Assembly: GCA_050183625.1 (NCBI GenBank)
Contig: JBFXBD010000001.1
Location: 4,989-68,988 of the forward strand
Direction: 5' to 3'
From: Gammaproteobacteria bacterium
GTDB lineage: Bacteria > Pseudomonadota > Gammaproteobacteria > JADZEE01
DNA: 64,000 bases
The stretch's first letter is position 1. Each line of letters starts with the position of its first letter. Shown here piece after piece: positions 1-9,320 of this stretch. Below the pieces are notes generated by a model. The model was not told where the DNA came from. It saw only the letters and a list, made by a program, of their open reading frames with translations, and made no database searches. The translations under genes were made by a program, and so were the position numbers.

Positions 1-1
1 C

Positions 2-2194
2 ATCGGCAAGCACGCACTCGATGCCGATGCCGGCGCGCGGCGCAGCGAGATCGAGCGCCTGGCCGGCTGCTGCGATGTCGTCGTGGACGCCGGCTGCATC
101 ACGCAGGAAGCGGTGGGTACCTCTGCCATCCACGTGTGCGTCACGCCCTTCGGCGCCACCGGGCCGCGCAGCGACTGGCGCGGCGGGGAGTTGCTCGCCC
201 AGGCCGCCGGCGGATTGCTGTACATGAGCGGCAGCACGCGGGATTTCCCGCCGGCGATGCTCGGCGCGCCGATCGCCTCGTGCGCGGCGGGCATGCAGGC
301 GGCGGTCGCGGTGCTGCTGGCGCTGCGCGGGCGCGGGGCGGCAGGCGGGCCGGTGCGCATCGATCTGTCCGCGCAGGAGGCGGTGGCGAACCTGCTGTTC
401 AAGGCGCAGAGCGTCGGCCATGTCGGTACGGTGCCGGACGGGCGCGGCACGCCGCCCTCGGGCAACGCGGTGATCCGGCGCGCGCTCTGGCGCTGCAAGG
501 ACGGCTGGATGACCTGGAACTTGTGGACCGGCACCGGCATGGGGCGCAAGAACCTGCCGGTGATCGACTGGATGGCCGAGCACGGCATCGAAGACGCCGA
601 AGTACTGCGCGCGGTGCCGTGGGAGGAACTCAGCCTGGCGAGCGTGGACGCGGGCGACTTCAACCGCTGGCAGGAGATGTTCGCCGCCTTCTTCCTGCAG
701 CGGACCAAGGCCGAGCTGGCGCACGAGGCGTTTGCACGGCGCATCCTGCTATACCCGCTGAATGACATGAGCGAGGTGGCCGCCGATCCGCAACTCGCCG
801 CGCGCGAGGTGTTCGTGCCCGTGTCCATCGCGGACGGCACCGCGGCGCGGGCGATGGGGCGGCCGTTCCGCTCCACGGCCTACGCGCTGCGCATGCCCGA
901 AGGGCCGTGCCTGCCGCCGGCGGGGGACGTGCACACGCGCTGGTCGGCGGCGCGCGCGCGCATGCCGGCGGAACGCGCTGCCGGCGCGCCGCTCGCCGGA
1001 ATGCGCGTGCTCGACTTCGGGTGGGCACTCGCCGGGCCGGTGACGACCAAGTACCTGGCGATGTTCGGCGCCGACGTGATCAAGATCGAGCACCGCAAGC
1101 GCCCGGACGTGACGCGCATGTCCGGCCCCTACCCGCGCGGGCGGCCGTCGATGGACGGCAGCGCGTCCTTCGCCAATCACAACGCCACCAAGCGCAGCAT
1201 CGGCGTGGATCTCGCGCAGCCGGCGGCGAAGGACCTCCTGCTGAGGCTGGCGGCGCGGGCCGATCTGGTGCTGGAGAATTTCGCGGTGGGCGTGCTAGAA
1301 CGCCACGGCCTGTCCTTCGATGCGCTGCGCGCGGCGCGCGCGGACACGATCCTGCTGCGGCTGTCGTTCCAGGGCCAGAGCGGGCCGCGCCGCACGCAGG
1401 CCGGCTACGGTAATCACGTGCAGGCCATGTGCGGGCTGGACAGCCTCTGTGGCTTTCCGGGCGGGCCGCCCGGCGGGCCGAACCAGGTGCTGCCGGATTT
1501 CTTCGGGCCGTGGTTCGCGCTCGTCGCGGCGCTCGCAGCCCTCGATCACCGCGACCGCACCGGCCAGGGCCAGTGCATCGACATCGCGCAGTACGAGACC
1601 GCCTTGACCTTCCTGCAGCCGGCACTGCTCGCCTGCACCGCTGCCGGCGCGCCACCGCAGCGGCAGGGGAACCGCTCGGCGCATGCCTGCCCGCACGGCG
1701 TGTTCCCGGCAGCGGGCACGGATGCGTGGATTGCGATCGCCGCGTATGACGACGCGCAGTGGCGCGCGCTGCATGGCCTGCTGCCCGAGGCGCTCCGGGC
1801 GCGGATCGGGCCGGATGCCGGCCTCGCGCAGCGGCAGGCCGCGGCCGGCGACATCGAGCAGGCAATCGCGAACTGGAGCCGCACGCAGGATGCCGAGGCC
1901 CTGGCGCAGCGCCTGCAGGCCGCCGGCGTGGCGGCGTATCCGGTGCTCGACGGCAAGCAGTTGCTGAAGGACGCCCAGCTCGTCGCGCGCGGGCACTACG
2001 CCTGGCCGGAGCACGAGTACATCGGCCGCGTCCCGATCGACTGCCCGGCGTTCCGAAGCGACGCGCTCGTGCCGCACGTGACGCCCGGCCCGAGGTACGC
2101 CGCGCACACCCTGGAGGCGCTGGCCGACTGGCTCGCCATCGACGACGACGAAATCGCCACCCTGCTCGGCGACGGCGTCATCACCTGCGATTGA
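2..2194 (+). CDS. Two-domain family III (CaiB/BaiF) CoA-transferase, 5' end outside the window
   Basis: The frame is open from base 2. The C-terminal domain has PLAGMRVLDFGWALAGP, GADVIKIE, HNATKRSIGVDL, ENFAVG and the Asp motif VLPDFFG. The N-terminal half is a second CaiB-like domain. Confidence 0.9.
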   Translation: MGKHALDADAGARRSEIERLAGCCDVVVDAGCITQEAVGTSAIHVCVTPFGATGPRSDWRGGELLAQAAGGLLYMSGSTRDFPPAMLGAPIASCAAGMQAAVAVLLALRGRGAAGGPVRIDLSAQEAVANLLFKAQSVGHVGTVPDGRGTPPSGNAVIRRALWRCKDGWMTWNLWTGTGMGRKNLPVIDWMAEHGIEDAEVLRAVPWEELSLASVDAGDFNRWQEMFAAFFLQRTKAELAHEAFARRILLYPLNDMSEVAADPQLAAREVFVPVSIADGTAARAMGRPFRSTAYALRMPEGPCLPPAGDVHTRWSAARARMPAERAAGAPLAGMRVLDFGWALAGPVTTKYLAMFGADVIKIEHRKRPDVTRMSGPYPRGRPSMDGSASFANHNATKRSIGVDLAQPAAKDLLLRLAARADLVLENFAVGVLERHGLSFDALRAARADTILLRLSFQGQSGPRRTQAGYGNHVQAMCGLDSLCGFPGGPPGGPNQVLPDFFGPWFALVAALAALDHRDRTGQGQCIDIAQYETALTFLQPALLACTAAGAPPQRQGNRSAHACPHGVFPAAGTDAWIAIAAYDDAQWRALHGLLPEALRARIGPDAGLAQRQAAAGDIEQAIANWSRTQDAEALAQRLQAAGVAAYPVLDGKQLLKDAQLVARGHYAWPEHEYIGRVPIDCPAFRSDALVPHVTPGPRYAAHTLEALADWLAIDDDEIATLLGDGVITCD

Positions 2195-2202
2195 GCGCTG
2201 CC

Positions 2203-4449
2203 TCAGGCGCGGCGGGCGAGCTTGCGGCGCTTGTGCTGGACGTAGTCGACCAGGATGTATTCGCCGAGCTGGTCGGGCGAGGTGTAGAAGACGCGGCCGC
2301 CGTTGATTTTTGCGATGCGGTCCATGAACGCCTTCAGGAAGCCGTTCGAATCCAGCATGAAGGTGTTGATGGCGATGTGGTGCCGCGTGCACAGGTGCAC
2401 GGCGCGCAGCGTCGCGCGGATCGTCTCCCAGGTGGGCGGATAGGCGAAGACGGCTTCGCCGTCCTCCAGGTGCGCGGTCGGCTCGCCGTCGGAGATCATG
2501 ATGATCTGGCGCGTGCCGGCCGGGTGCTTCGCCAGCAGCTTCTGCGCCAGCAGCAGCGCGTGCTGCATGTTGGTCCCCAGCGTGTATTCGTCGCCCTGCA
2601 GGAACGGCAGGTCGCGCGGCTTGAGCTCGCGCGCGTAGGCAGCGAACCCGATGATGTGGAAGCTGTCCTTGGGGTACTGCGAGGTGATGAGGTTGTGCAG
2701 CGCGAGCGCGACCTTCTTCGCCGCCGGGAACGAGCCACGCAGCGTCATCGACCAGGACAGGTCGATGAGCATCGCCGTGGCGGTGGACGTCACCAGCTCG
2801 GAGCGGTGGATCTCGAAATCCTGCGGCCGTAGTTTCAGCGGCACGCCGGGCCCGTCGCGGTCCATCGCGTTGCGCAGCGTGCGCGTCATGTGCAGGTGGA
2901 ACGGATCGCCGAACTCGTACGGCTTGGTCTGGTCCAGCCGCTCGCCGTAGCGGCCCTCGTCCGGGATCGCGTGGTTGCCCAGCGCCTGCCGCTTCAGCCG
3001 CGCGTAGATCTCCCCCAGGGCCTTCTGCCCGATCATGCGCGAGCCGCGCGCGGTGAGTTCGAGTTCGTCGCCCTCCTCGCGCACGTAGCCGGCCTTTATG
3101 AGCTGGTCCATCAGCCGCTTCATCTCGTCGAGATCCTCGCCGGCTTCCCGGCCGAGCATCTTCTCCAGCGTTGCGGCGTCGATCTCGTCCAGGCCGCCGT
3201 CGCGCTCGGCCTGCGCGACCTGGCCGATGAGGTTGTCCAGGTCCTGCATTTCCTTCATGAGCTGCATGGCGGCCTGCAGATCGACCGCCTCGCCGCCCTG
3301 GAAGTCGTAGCCGCGCCCGTCCGGGTCCAGGAAATCCATCTCCTTGGCGAGCTTGCGCAACTCGGACTCCAGCTCCGGATCGCCGAACCGATCCGCAAGC
3401 ATGGACTGCAACTGCGCGCGCTGCGCAGGCGAAAGCGAGGCCAGCAGCGAGGCCGCGGCCGCCATCTGCTCGCGCATGCGCTGCAGCAGTTCGTCCAGCG
3501 ACTTCGGCGGGTTGTCCCCGAACATGTCGCCGTACTGCTGCATGAACTGATCGAAGCCGGGGTCCTCGCCGCCGATCCGGCGCACCAGCATGTCGTTCAG
3601 GGCCTTCAGCATCTCCTTCATGCGCTGGATGTCCCCGGCGGACATCTTCTTGAGCATGTTGGAGACGTCGTCGAAGAAGGTCTGCGTCACCGCCTGGCGC
3701 AGGCTGGCGACGAGTTCGTCGTAGCGGCGCTTGGCCTCGGGGTTCAGGAACTCGTACTTCTCCAATGCCCGCATGCGCCCGGCCGGATCCTCCGGCAGCG
3801 CGTCCAGGGCCTGGCGGCTGCGCTCGGCGATGCCCTTGAACAGGCTGCGCGAGAAATCCGAGGCGCCCGGGCTGCCGGCGGCGCCGGATCCGTCCGTGCC
3901 CGCCGCGCCACCCTGCTCTGCCGACGTTGTATCGCCCGGTGCGCCATCCGTGCGCTTGCCCGCGCCCTTCGTCGACGCTGCCCTGCCCTGCGATCCTGCC
4001 GGCATGCCCTCCTGCGCCGCTGTGCGCTGCGGCGCGGATGCCGATCCCTCTCGCGCCGAATCCGATCCCTCTGGCGTCCCTTCCGGCGCCGCTTCCGCGG
4101 CCGGCGGCGGCGTGCCGTCAATCCAGGCGTCGATGTGCGCGCGTTCCAGCGCCAGGATCTCCTCGAGCTTGCGGCGGATGTCCTCCATCACGCCGCCGAG
4201 GTTGAAACGCTCCAGGCGCTGCTTCTTCTGCTCGCGCAGTTGCCGCAGCATGTTGCGCAGGCCCTGCATCCGCCGCCCCTGCCCCAGGCGCATGCCGCGC
4301 GAGAGCAGGTTGCGCATCGCGTAGCGCAGGTCGCCGTACTCCATGAGATCGTCGGCGAGCGCGCCCATGAGGTCGTCCGCATCGACCGCATCGCGCGCCT
4401 GGGTGCCATCCCAGTGCGCGTACTTGTGGCGGATGTGCAGTCGCCGCAT
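2203..4449 (-). CDS. VWA (von Willebrand A) domain protein, partner of the adjacent chelatase-like AAA+ ATPase
   Basis: C-terminal MIDAS motifs DLSWSM, GTNMQHAL and ISDGEPT; long helical N-terminal region; 18 bp downstream of the AAA+ gene. Confidence 0.85.
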   Translation of the reverse strand: MRRLHIRHKYAHWDGTQARDAVDADDLMGALADDLMEYGDLRYAMRNLLSRGMRLGQGRRMQGLRNMLRQLREQKKQRLERFNLGGVMEDIRRKLEEILALERAHIDAWIDGTPPPAAEAAPEGTPEGSDSAREGSASAPQRTAAQEGMPAGSQGRAASTKGAGKRTDGAPGDTTSAEQGGAAGTDGSGAAGSPGASDFSRSLFKGIAERSRQALDALPEDPAGRMRALEKYEFLNPEAKRRYDELVASLRQAVTQTFFDDVSNMLKKMSAGDIQRMKEMLKALNDMLVRRIGGEDPGFDQFMQQYGDMFGDNPPKSLDELLQRMREQMAAAASLLASLSPAQRAQLQSMLADRFGDPELESELRKLAKEMDFLDPDGRGYDFQGGEAVDLQAAMQLMKEMQDLDNLIGQVAQAERDGGLDEIDAATLEKMLGREAGEDLDEMKRLMDQLIKAGYVREEGDELELTARGSRMIGQKALGEIYARLKRQALGNHAIPDEGRYGERLDQTKPYEFGDPFHLHMTRTLRNAMDRDGPGVPLKLRPQDFEIHRSELVTSTATAMLIDLSWSMTLRGSFPAAKKVALALHNLITSQYPKDSFHIIGFAAYARELKPRDLPFLQGDEYTLGTNMQHALLLAQKLLAKHPAGTRQIIMISDGEPTAHLEDGEAVFAYPPTWETIRATLRAVHLCTRHHIAINTFMLDSNGFLKAFMDRIAKINGGRVFYTSPDQLGEYILVDYVQHKRRKLARRA

Positions 4450-4467
4450 GCGGGCTCTCCCGTTCGA

Positions 4468-5862
4468 TCAGGCGCTGTAGGCGCTGCGCCCGTCGATGCT
4501 CACCTTGTTCAGCTTCTTGTGCAGGTGCAGGCCTTCCAGGATGAATTCCATGGCGGCGGCGCGCGCGGCCTCGCTGTCGTCGGCGAGCGCGGCGGTCTTG
4601 TCGGGCAGGCCCGGCACCTTCGCGGCGGACTCGCGGTACTCGCCCGCCGCCACCGCCTCGCCGGTCTCGATCGTCAGGCCGGCGCCGAAGGCGAGCGCGA
4701 TCTTGTCCAGGTCGCCAATCTCGAAGTAGCGGTCGAACACCGCGCGCACAGCGCCGTTGATGAGCTTGTCCAGGACGCGGTCCTCCCGGCGCTCGTCCAT
4801 GGCCTCGAACTCCACCTTGCCCTGCAGCGAGGGCACGATGAAGGGCAGGTCCGAGATCCGCGGTACGACGTTCGTCTCGCCCAGGCGCAGCGCGCGGCGG
4901 AACGCATTGGCGAGCATCGCTTCGTAGTTGGAGACCGAGGCGCGCACGGACACGCCCGAGCGCTGGTTCACGTCCGGCGAGCGGCGCGCCTGGTGGGAGA
5001 TCTCGGCGATGATCTCCTTCATGTAGATCGGCACGCCGACCCGGAAGCCCTCCATCTCCAGGTGCGAGGCCTCCTGCTCCATGATCGCGATCTCGATGCC
5101 CAGGTCGTCCGGATAGTGGGTGCGGATCTGCGCGCCGTAGCGGTCCTTGAGCGGGGTGATGATGCGGCCGCGGTTGGTGTAGTCCTCGGGGTTGGCGGTG
5201 GCGACCAGCAATACGTCCAGCGGCAGGCGCACGCGGTGGCCGCGGATCTGGATGTCGCGCTCCTCCAGCACGTTCAGCAGGCCCACCTGGATGCGCTCGG
5301 CGAGATCCGGCAGCTCGTTGATGGCGAAGATGCCGCGGTTCACGCGCGGCAGCAGGCCGAAGTGGATGGTGAGCTCGTCGGACAGGTAGCGCCCCTCGGC
5401 GACCTTGATCGGGTCCACCTCGCCGATGAGATCGGCGATGGTGATGTCGGGCGTGGCGAGCTTCTCGCCGTAGCGATCATCGCGGTGCATCCAGCGGATC
5501 GGCGCGTCCTCGCCGCGTTCGCGCACCGTGGCCCGGCCCTGGGCGCTGATCGGCGCCAGCGGGTTCTCGGGGATCTCCACGCCGTCCAGCACCGGGGTCC
5601 ATTCGTCCAGCAGGCTGGTGAGAGAACGGACGATGCGGGACTTGGCCTGGCCGCGTTCGCCGAGCAGGATGATGTCCTGGCCGGAGAGGATCGCGTTTTC
5701 GAATTGCGGCAGGACCGTGTCGTCGTAGCCGACGATGCCGGGGAACAGGCGCTCCCGGTTGCGCATCCTGGCGATGAGGTTGCGCCGCAACTCGGCTTTC
5801 ACCGGCAGCACCTGGTAGTGCGCCTGCCTGAGTTCGCGCAGCGTGGCGGGGCGGTCGGTCAA
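4468..5862 (-). CDS. Mg-chelatase ChlI/MoxR-like AAA+ ATPase
   Basis: Walker A variant LLGERGQAKS, Walker B variant FAINELPDL, ATANPEDY and PLKDRYG; TTG start with a GAGGAG Shine-Dalgarno. Confidence 0.88.
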   Translation of the reverse strand: MTDRPATLRELRQAHYQVLPVKAELRRNLIARMRNRERLFPGIVGYDDTVLPQFENAILSGQDIILLGERGQAKSRIVRSLTSLLDEWTPVLDGVEIPENPLAPISAQGRATVRERGEDAPIRWMHRDDRYGEKLATPDITIADLIGEVDPIKVAEGRYLSDELTIHFGLLPRVNRGIFAINELPDLAERIQVGLLNVLEERDIQIRGHRVRLPLDVLLVATANPEDYTNRGRIITPLKDRYGAQIRTHYPDDLGIEIAIMEQEASHLEMEGFRVGVPIYMKEIIAEISHQARRSPDVNQRSGVSVRASVSNYEAMLANAFRRALRLGETNVVPRISDLPFIVPSLQGKVEFEAMDERREDRVLDKLINGAVRAVFDRYFEIGDLDKIALAFGAGLTIETGEAVAAGEYRESAAKVPGLPDKTAALADDSEAARAAAMEFILEGLHLHKKLNKVSIDGRSAYSA

Positions 5863-5915
5863 GGCGTGGCTCCTCGGCGATGCGCGCGGCGAGCGCGGTC
5901 GGGTGCCGCGGCACC

Positions 5916-5945
5916 ACTATGGTCCCGCCCGCGCGCCGGAGTCAA
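5916..5945 (-). promoter_or_regulatory. Candidate sigma70-type promoter for the AAA+/VWA operon
   Basis: Minus strand TTGACT-N18-CATAGT, about 55 bp upstream of the TTG start. Confidence 0.35.
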
Positions 5946-6044
5946 CGCGGGCGACGACGTTTCGCCGCCCGCTGCGCGCGCTGGATGATCCAAGGCAACC
6001 CAATACATAATCCGGACCGGCCCGAACGGTGACCCGGGCCTGGC

Positions 6045-6105
6045 GAAATGATGAATGTCCCCTTTTAGGCCCAGACCTGAAGAAATGATGAATGTCCCCA
6101 TTTTC
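6045..6105 (+). repeat. Repeat family A, tandem pair (GAAATGATGAATGTCCCC[A]TTTT)
   Basis: Copies at 6045-6066 and 6082-6105, period 37 bp; the same core occurs at 24432-24494 (reverse) and 48362-48387. Confidence 0.9.
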
Positions 6106-6202
6106 GGATGATGCGCACGCGATTTCGCGACGACGGCTGCTGGAGTCCGCGGTCGCCGCGTTCCTTTGCTCGCTGCAAACCCAAGCCATGGGAGGTGATG
6201 TG

Positions 6203-7408
6203 ATGACCGACAGCCGTAGTGGATCCCCGACGATAGCGCCCGGTACCGTCGCTCCGTGGGACGAGTACGTCGCCCTGCTGCGCAACGGCGGCGACCTGCC
6301 CAAGCTGACCTGGGCACCCGGGGACGACCAGGTCCGCGCCGAGGTCTACCGCCAGATCGTCATGAACATCACGCTGGGCTACTTCATCTACTTCCAGCAC
6401 GACGCTGCGCACCCGGACTGGCTGCCGTTCCTGAACTCGGTGTTCCTGCTGCAGCCGAACCCGGACGACACCTACTACCTCGCGCACCTGGACGACAAAG
6501 GCACGTACCGCATCACCGGTGAGCGCGGCAGCGTCCACATCCTGACCTTCACCTTCGGCTACGAGCCGATGGGCACCTCCGAGCGCATCGGCGGCGGCCT
6601 GGGCCAGTTCGACGCCGACGAACTGCACATCGCCGCCGATGGCAGCTTCGGAGTGCTGTTGAGCGCCACGCGCCCGGCCGGCCACACCGGCGACTGGGTG
6701 CAGCTCCCCGCCGGCTGCAAGAGCATCATCGCGCGCCAGCGCTCCTACGACTGGGGCCGCGAGCGCGACGCGCGGCTGGCCATCGAGCGCCTGGACGTCA
6801 CCGAGTTGAAGCCGCGCATGCCGGCTGCGGAAATCGACCGCAACCTGCGCGAGCTGCTCGGCGGCTACGCCGAGCGCCTGTCACGGATCTGGCTCAAGTA
6901 CCAGACCATGATCCGCGACCAGGGCCCCATCAACACCATCAACTTCACCAAGTTCGGCGGAGCGCTGCCGGTGCAGACCTACTGGCAGGGCGTGTACGAG
7001 TTCAAGCCCGACGAAGCGCTGATCCTCGAAACGGACATCCCGAAGAAGCACCGCTACTGGAACGTCCAGATGAACGACATCCTCTGGAACGCCACCGAGT
7101 ACATCCATCGCCAGAGCAGCCTGAACGGGCACCAGGCCCGGCTGGATCCGGACGGCCGCTTCCGCGCGGTGATTTCCCTCGAAGACCCCGGCATCCACAA
7201 CTGGCTGGATTCCGCCGGTTACCTCACCGGCATGGTCATCGGCCGCTGGTACCTGGCCGACTCGCTGCCGGTGCCGACCCTGAAGCGCGTGCCGTTCGCC
7301 GAGATCCACAAGCACCTGCCCGCGGACACGCCGCGCATCACCCCGGCCGAGCGCGCCGAGGCGCTGCGCAGGCGCAAGGTCGGCAGCCAGTTGCGGCGCC
7401 GCTGGTGA
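6203..7408 (+). CDS. DUF1214-like hypothetical protein (alternative start at 6092 adds a Tat-like leader)
   Basis: Motifs PNPDDTYY, GTYRITGERG, SSLNGHQARLDPDGRFRAVIS and DPGIHNWLD; GGAGGT Shine-Dalgarno before ATG 6203; similar to the protein at 30144-31370. Confidence 0.8.
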   Translation: MTDSRSGSPTIAPGTVAPWDEYVALLRNGGDLPKLTWAPGDDQVRAEVYRQIVMNITLGYFIYFQHDAAHPDWLPFLNSVFLLQPNPDDTYYLAHLDDKGTYRITGERGSVHILTFTFGYEPMGTSERIGGGLGQFDADELHIAADGSFGVLLSATRPAGHTGDWVQLPAGCKSIIARQRSYDWGRERDARLAIERLDVTELKPRMPAAEIDRNLRELLGGYAERLSRIWLKYQTMIRDQGPINTINFTKFGGALPVQTYWQGVYEFKPDEALILETDIPKKHRYWNVQMNDILWNATEYIHRQSSLNGHQARLDPDGRFRAVISLEDPGIHNWLDSAGYLTGMVIGRWYLADSLPVPTLKRVPFAEIHKHLPADTPRITPAERAEALRRRKVGSQLRRRW

Positions 7409-7462
7409 CGCGGCCCGGGGCACCCGCCGTATCCATCCATCCGACGAGAGAGTGAGATTGCA

Positions 7463-8236
7463 GTGAGCGTACGCAACCTGTTCGACCTGACCGGAAAAGT
7501 GGCCCTCGTGACCGGCGGCAGCCGCGGCCTGGGCCGCGAGATGGTGCTCGCCTTCGCCGAAAGCGGGGCGGACGTCGTCATCGCCAGCCGCAAGCTCGAT
7601 ACCTGCGAGGCGCTGGCCAAGGAGGTGCGCGAGCGCTTCGGCCGGCGCGCCATGCCCTATGCCTGCCACGTCGGCCAGTGGAAGGCCGTGGAGCAGCTTG
7701 CCGAGGCGGCCTATGCTGAATTCGGCAAGGTCGACGTGCTGGTCAACAACGCGGGCATGTCGCCGACCTATGGCGACAACCCGGCCGACGTCACCGAGGA
7801 ACTCTGGGACAAGGTCCACGGCGTGAACCTCAAAGGCCCGTTCCGGCTCGCCGCCGTGGTCGGCAACCGCATGGCCCAGGGCGCGGGCGGGTCGATCCTC
7901 AACATCAGCACCACCGGCGCGGTGTTCAGCTACCCGGGCATGATGCCCTACCACGCCGCCAAGGCCGGCATGAACAACATGACGCTCGCCTTCGCCAAGG
8001 CGTTCGCGCCCAAGGTGCGGGTGAACTGCATCATGCCCGGCGGCATGGCCACCGACATCGCCAAGCACTGGGACATGGAGCACATGGAGCGCGAGGTGTT
8101 CCCCAAGATCCCGCTCAAGCGCATCGGCCGCGCGGACGAGATCGTCGGCGCCGCGCTCTACTTCGCCAGCGACGCCTCCAGCTACTGCACCGGCGCCATC
8201 ATCCCGGTGGACGGCGGAGATCTGATCAGCGGTTGA
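7463..8236 (+). CDS. Short-chain dehydrogenase/reductase
   Basis: TGGSRGLG, NNAG, catalytic YHAAK and C-terminal VDGG. Confidence 0.93.
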   Translation: MSVRNLFDLTGKVALVTGGSRGLGREMVLAFAESGADVVIASRKLDTCEALAKEVRERFGRRAMPYACHVGQWKAVEQLAEAAYAEFGKVDVLVNNAGMSPTYGDNPADVTEELWDKVHGVNLKGPFRLAAVVGNRMAQGAGGSILNISTTGAVFSYPGMMPYHAAKAGMNNMTLAFAKAFAPKVRVNCIMPGGMATDIAKHWDMEHMEREVFPKIPLKRIGRADEIVGAALYFASDASSYCTGAIIPVDGGDLISG

Positions 8237-8307
8237 TCGTGCCGTGGGGGCCGGTCGCGTCGACGACCGGACCATAAGCAATCGGGGCTCAAACGGAGAT
8301 TGGACTC

Positions 8308-8613
8308 GTGAGAAGAACGACCGACGTTACTCGTCCGCTCTTGTTCAGTTCGAAGAAGGACTTCTCGATTCCGTTCACCCTTCACGAGAACGAAGCCCTC
8401 TACATCGGAAATTTCATCGCGCATTCCTTCCGAGGAAAAAATGCCTTCGGCCTCAGTGTGCTGGCGGGAGGCTACTTCGTTCGGGAGGACGATTTTGACC
8501 GTGATGTCGATCTCCTCCGCCACGCTTACCCGGATCTGGGACGATTTGAAATCAAGAGGAGTGATCTGAAGGCGGTTGCCCCACCATTCATCGTGGCGCC
8601 GAAGAACGAATGA
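8308..8613 (+). pseudogene. Probable C-terminal fragment of a hypothetical protein with atypical, lower-GC codon usage
   Basis: 101 aa protein-like ORF (FTLHENEALYIGNF) with many A/T-ending codons, no clear Shine-Dalgarno, next to other gene remnants. Confidence 0.4.
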
Positions 8614-8639
8614 GCCCAGCCATCACATGGAGCCGACGC

Positions 8640-8905
8640 AGCCATCGCCGACAGGAACGGGACTCGGATCCCGCCATCGCAGTCGAAGCGCCGGAACTGC
8701 AGGACCGCCTTGCCGGAGGCATCGGTCTGCTCGCACGGAGGAACAGGGCGAGTGCAGGCTCCAGAGAGAAGCGGTCCCGGTCTTCGAGCCATGCGTCGCC
8801 ATACTCGAAGAGAATCGTCTCCGTGCCCCGGACACGGTTGCACCTCGCCAGTCCAACCTGACGCGTACGTCCGCCCAGGTCGATATGTACCTCGAAGTCA
8901 CCCAT
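8640..8905 (-). pseudogene. hipA: HipA-family toxin remnant with internal deletion and frameshift
   Basis: N-terminus MGDFEVHIDLGGRTRQVG...FEYGDAWLEDRDRFSLEPALAL resembles HipA_N. In another frame GKAVLQFRRFDCDGGIRVPFLSAMA resembles the kinase-domain RRFDR segment. Directly downstream of an XRE gene. Confidence 0.75.
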
Positions 8906-8912
8906 CGCACGA

Positions 8913-9233
8913 TCAGCCGGAAGTCCGCCTGAGATGGATGCGCTTGGGCAGGTCGGCGCTCGCCAGCGCCTGGCCGACGCTGTCGTTGCCGATGTCGGCA
9001 ATCCGGCCCAGGCCGTCGAGCAATCCGAGGGCATGCAGGACAGCGGCGTAGATGCCGACGCTGACGCCGGATTCTCCGGCCTCGACTTTCTGCAGCGTCG
9101 AGCGGGACGTGAAGGCACGCTCGGCCACGACCGCCATGGGCAGGCGCCGACGGCGACGGGCGTCGCGGATATCGGCGCCGAGCTTGCGCAGGACGCGCCT
9201 GACGGCGGCGGAAGGATGGTGAGGGGTCGGCAT
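8913..9233 (-). CDS. XRE-family helix-turn-helix protein, HipB-like antitoxin
   Basis: LGADIRDARRRRRL...VAERAFTSRSTLQKVEAG HTH signature; 7 bp upstream of the hipA remnant. Confidence 0.85.
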   Translation of the reverse strand: MPTPHHPSAAVRRVLRKLGADIRDARRRRRLPMAVVAERAFTSRSTLQKVEAGESGVSVGIYAAVLHALGLLDGLGRIADIGNDSVGQALASADLPKRIHLRRTSG

Positions 9234-9320
9234 ATGACACCTTCGCGCTACAAATTCAGGGAGTATGCAGCACGAACATTACATTATTTCCAGAGCAACA
9301 GCTCCGGTTGGTTGCACCAG

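Noticed and set aside
6045-6105. Repeat A as the operator of the TetR regulator
   Set aside because: Not fully excluded, but a near-identical pair lies between convergent 3' ends (24432-24494) and the motif core is not palindromic, so it is treated as a dispersed repeat.
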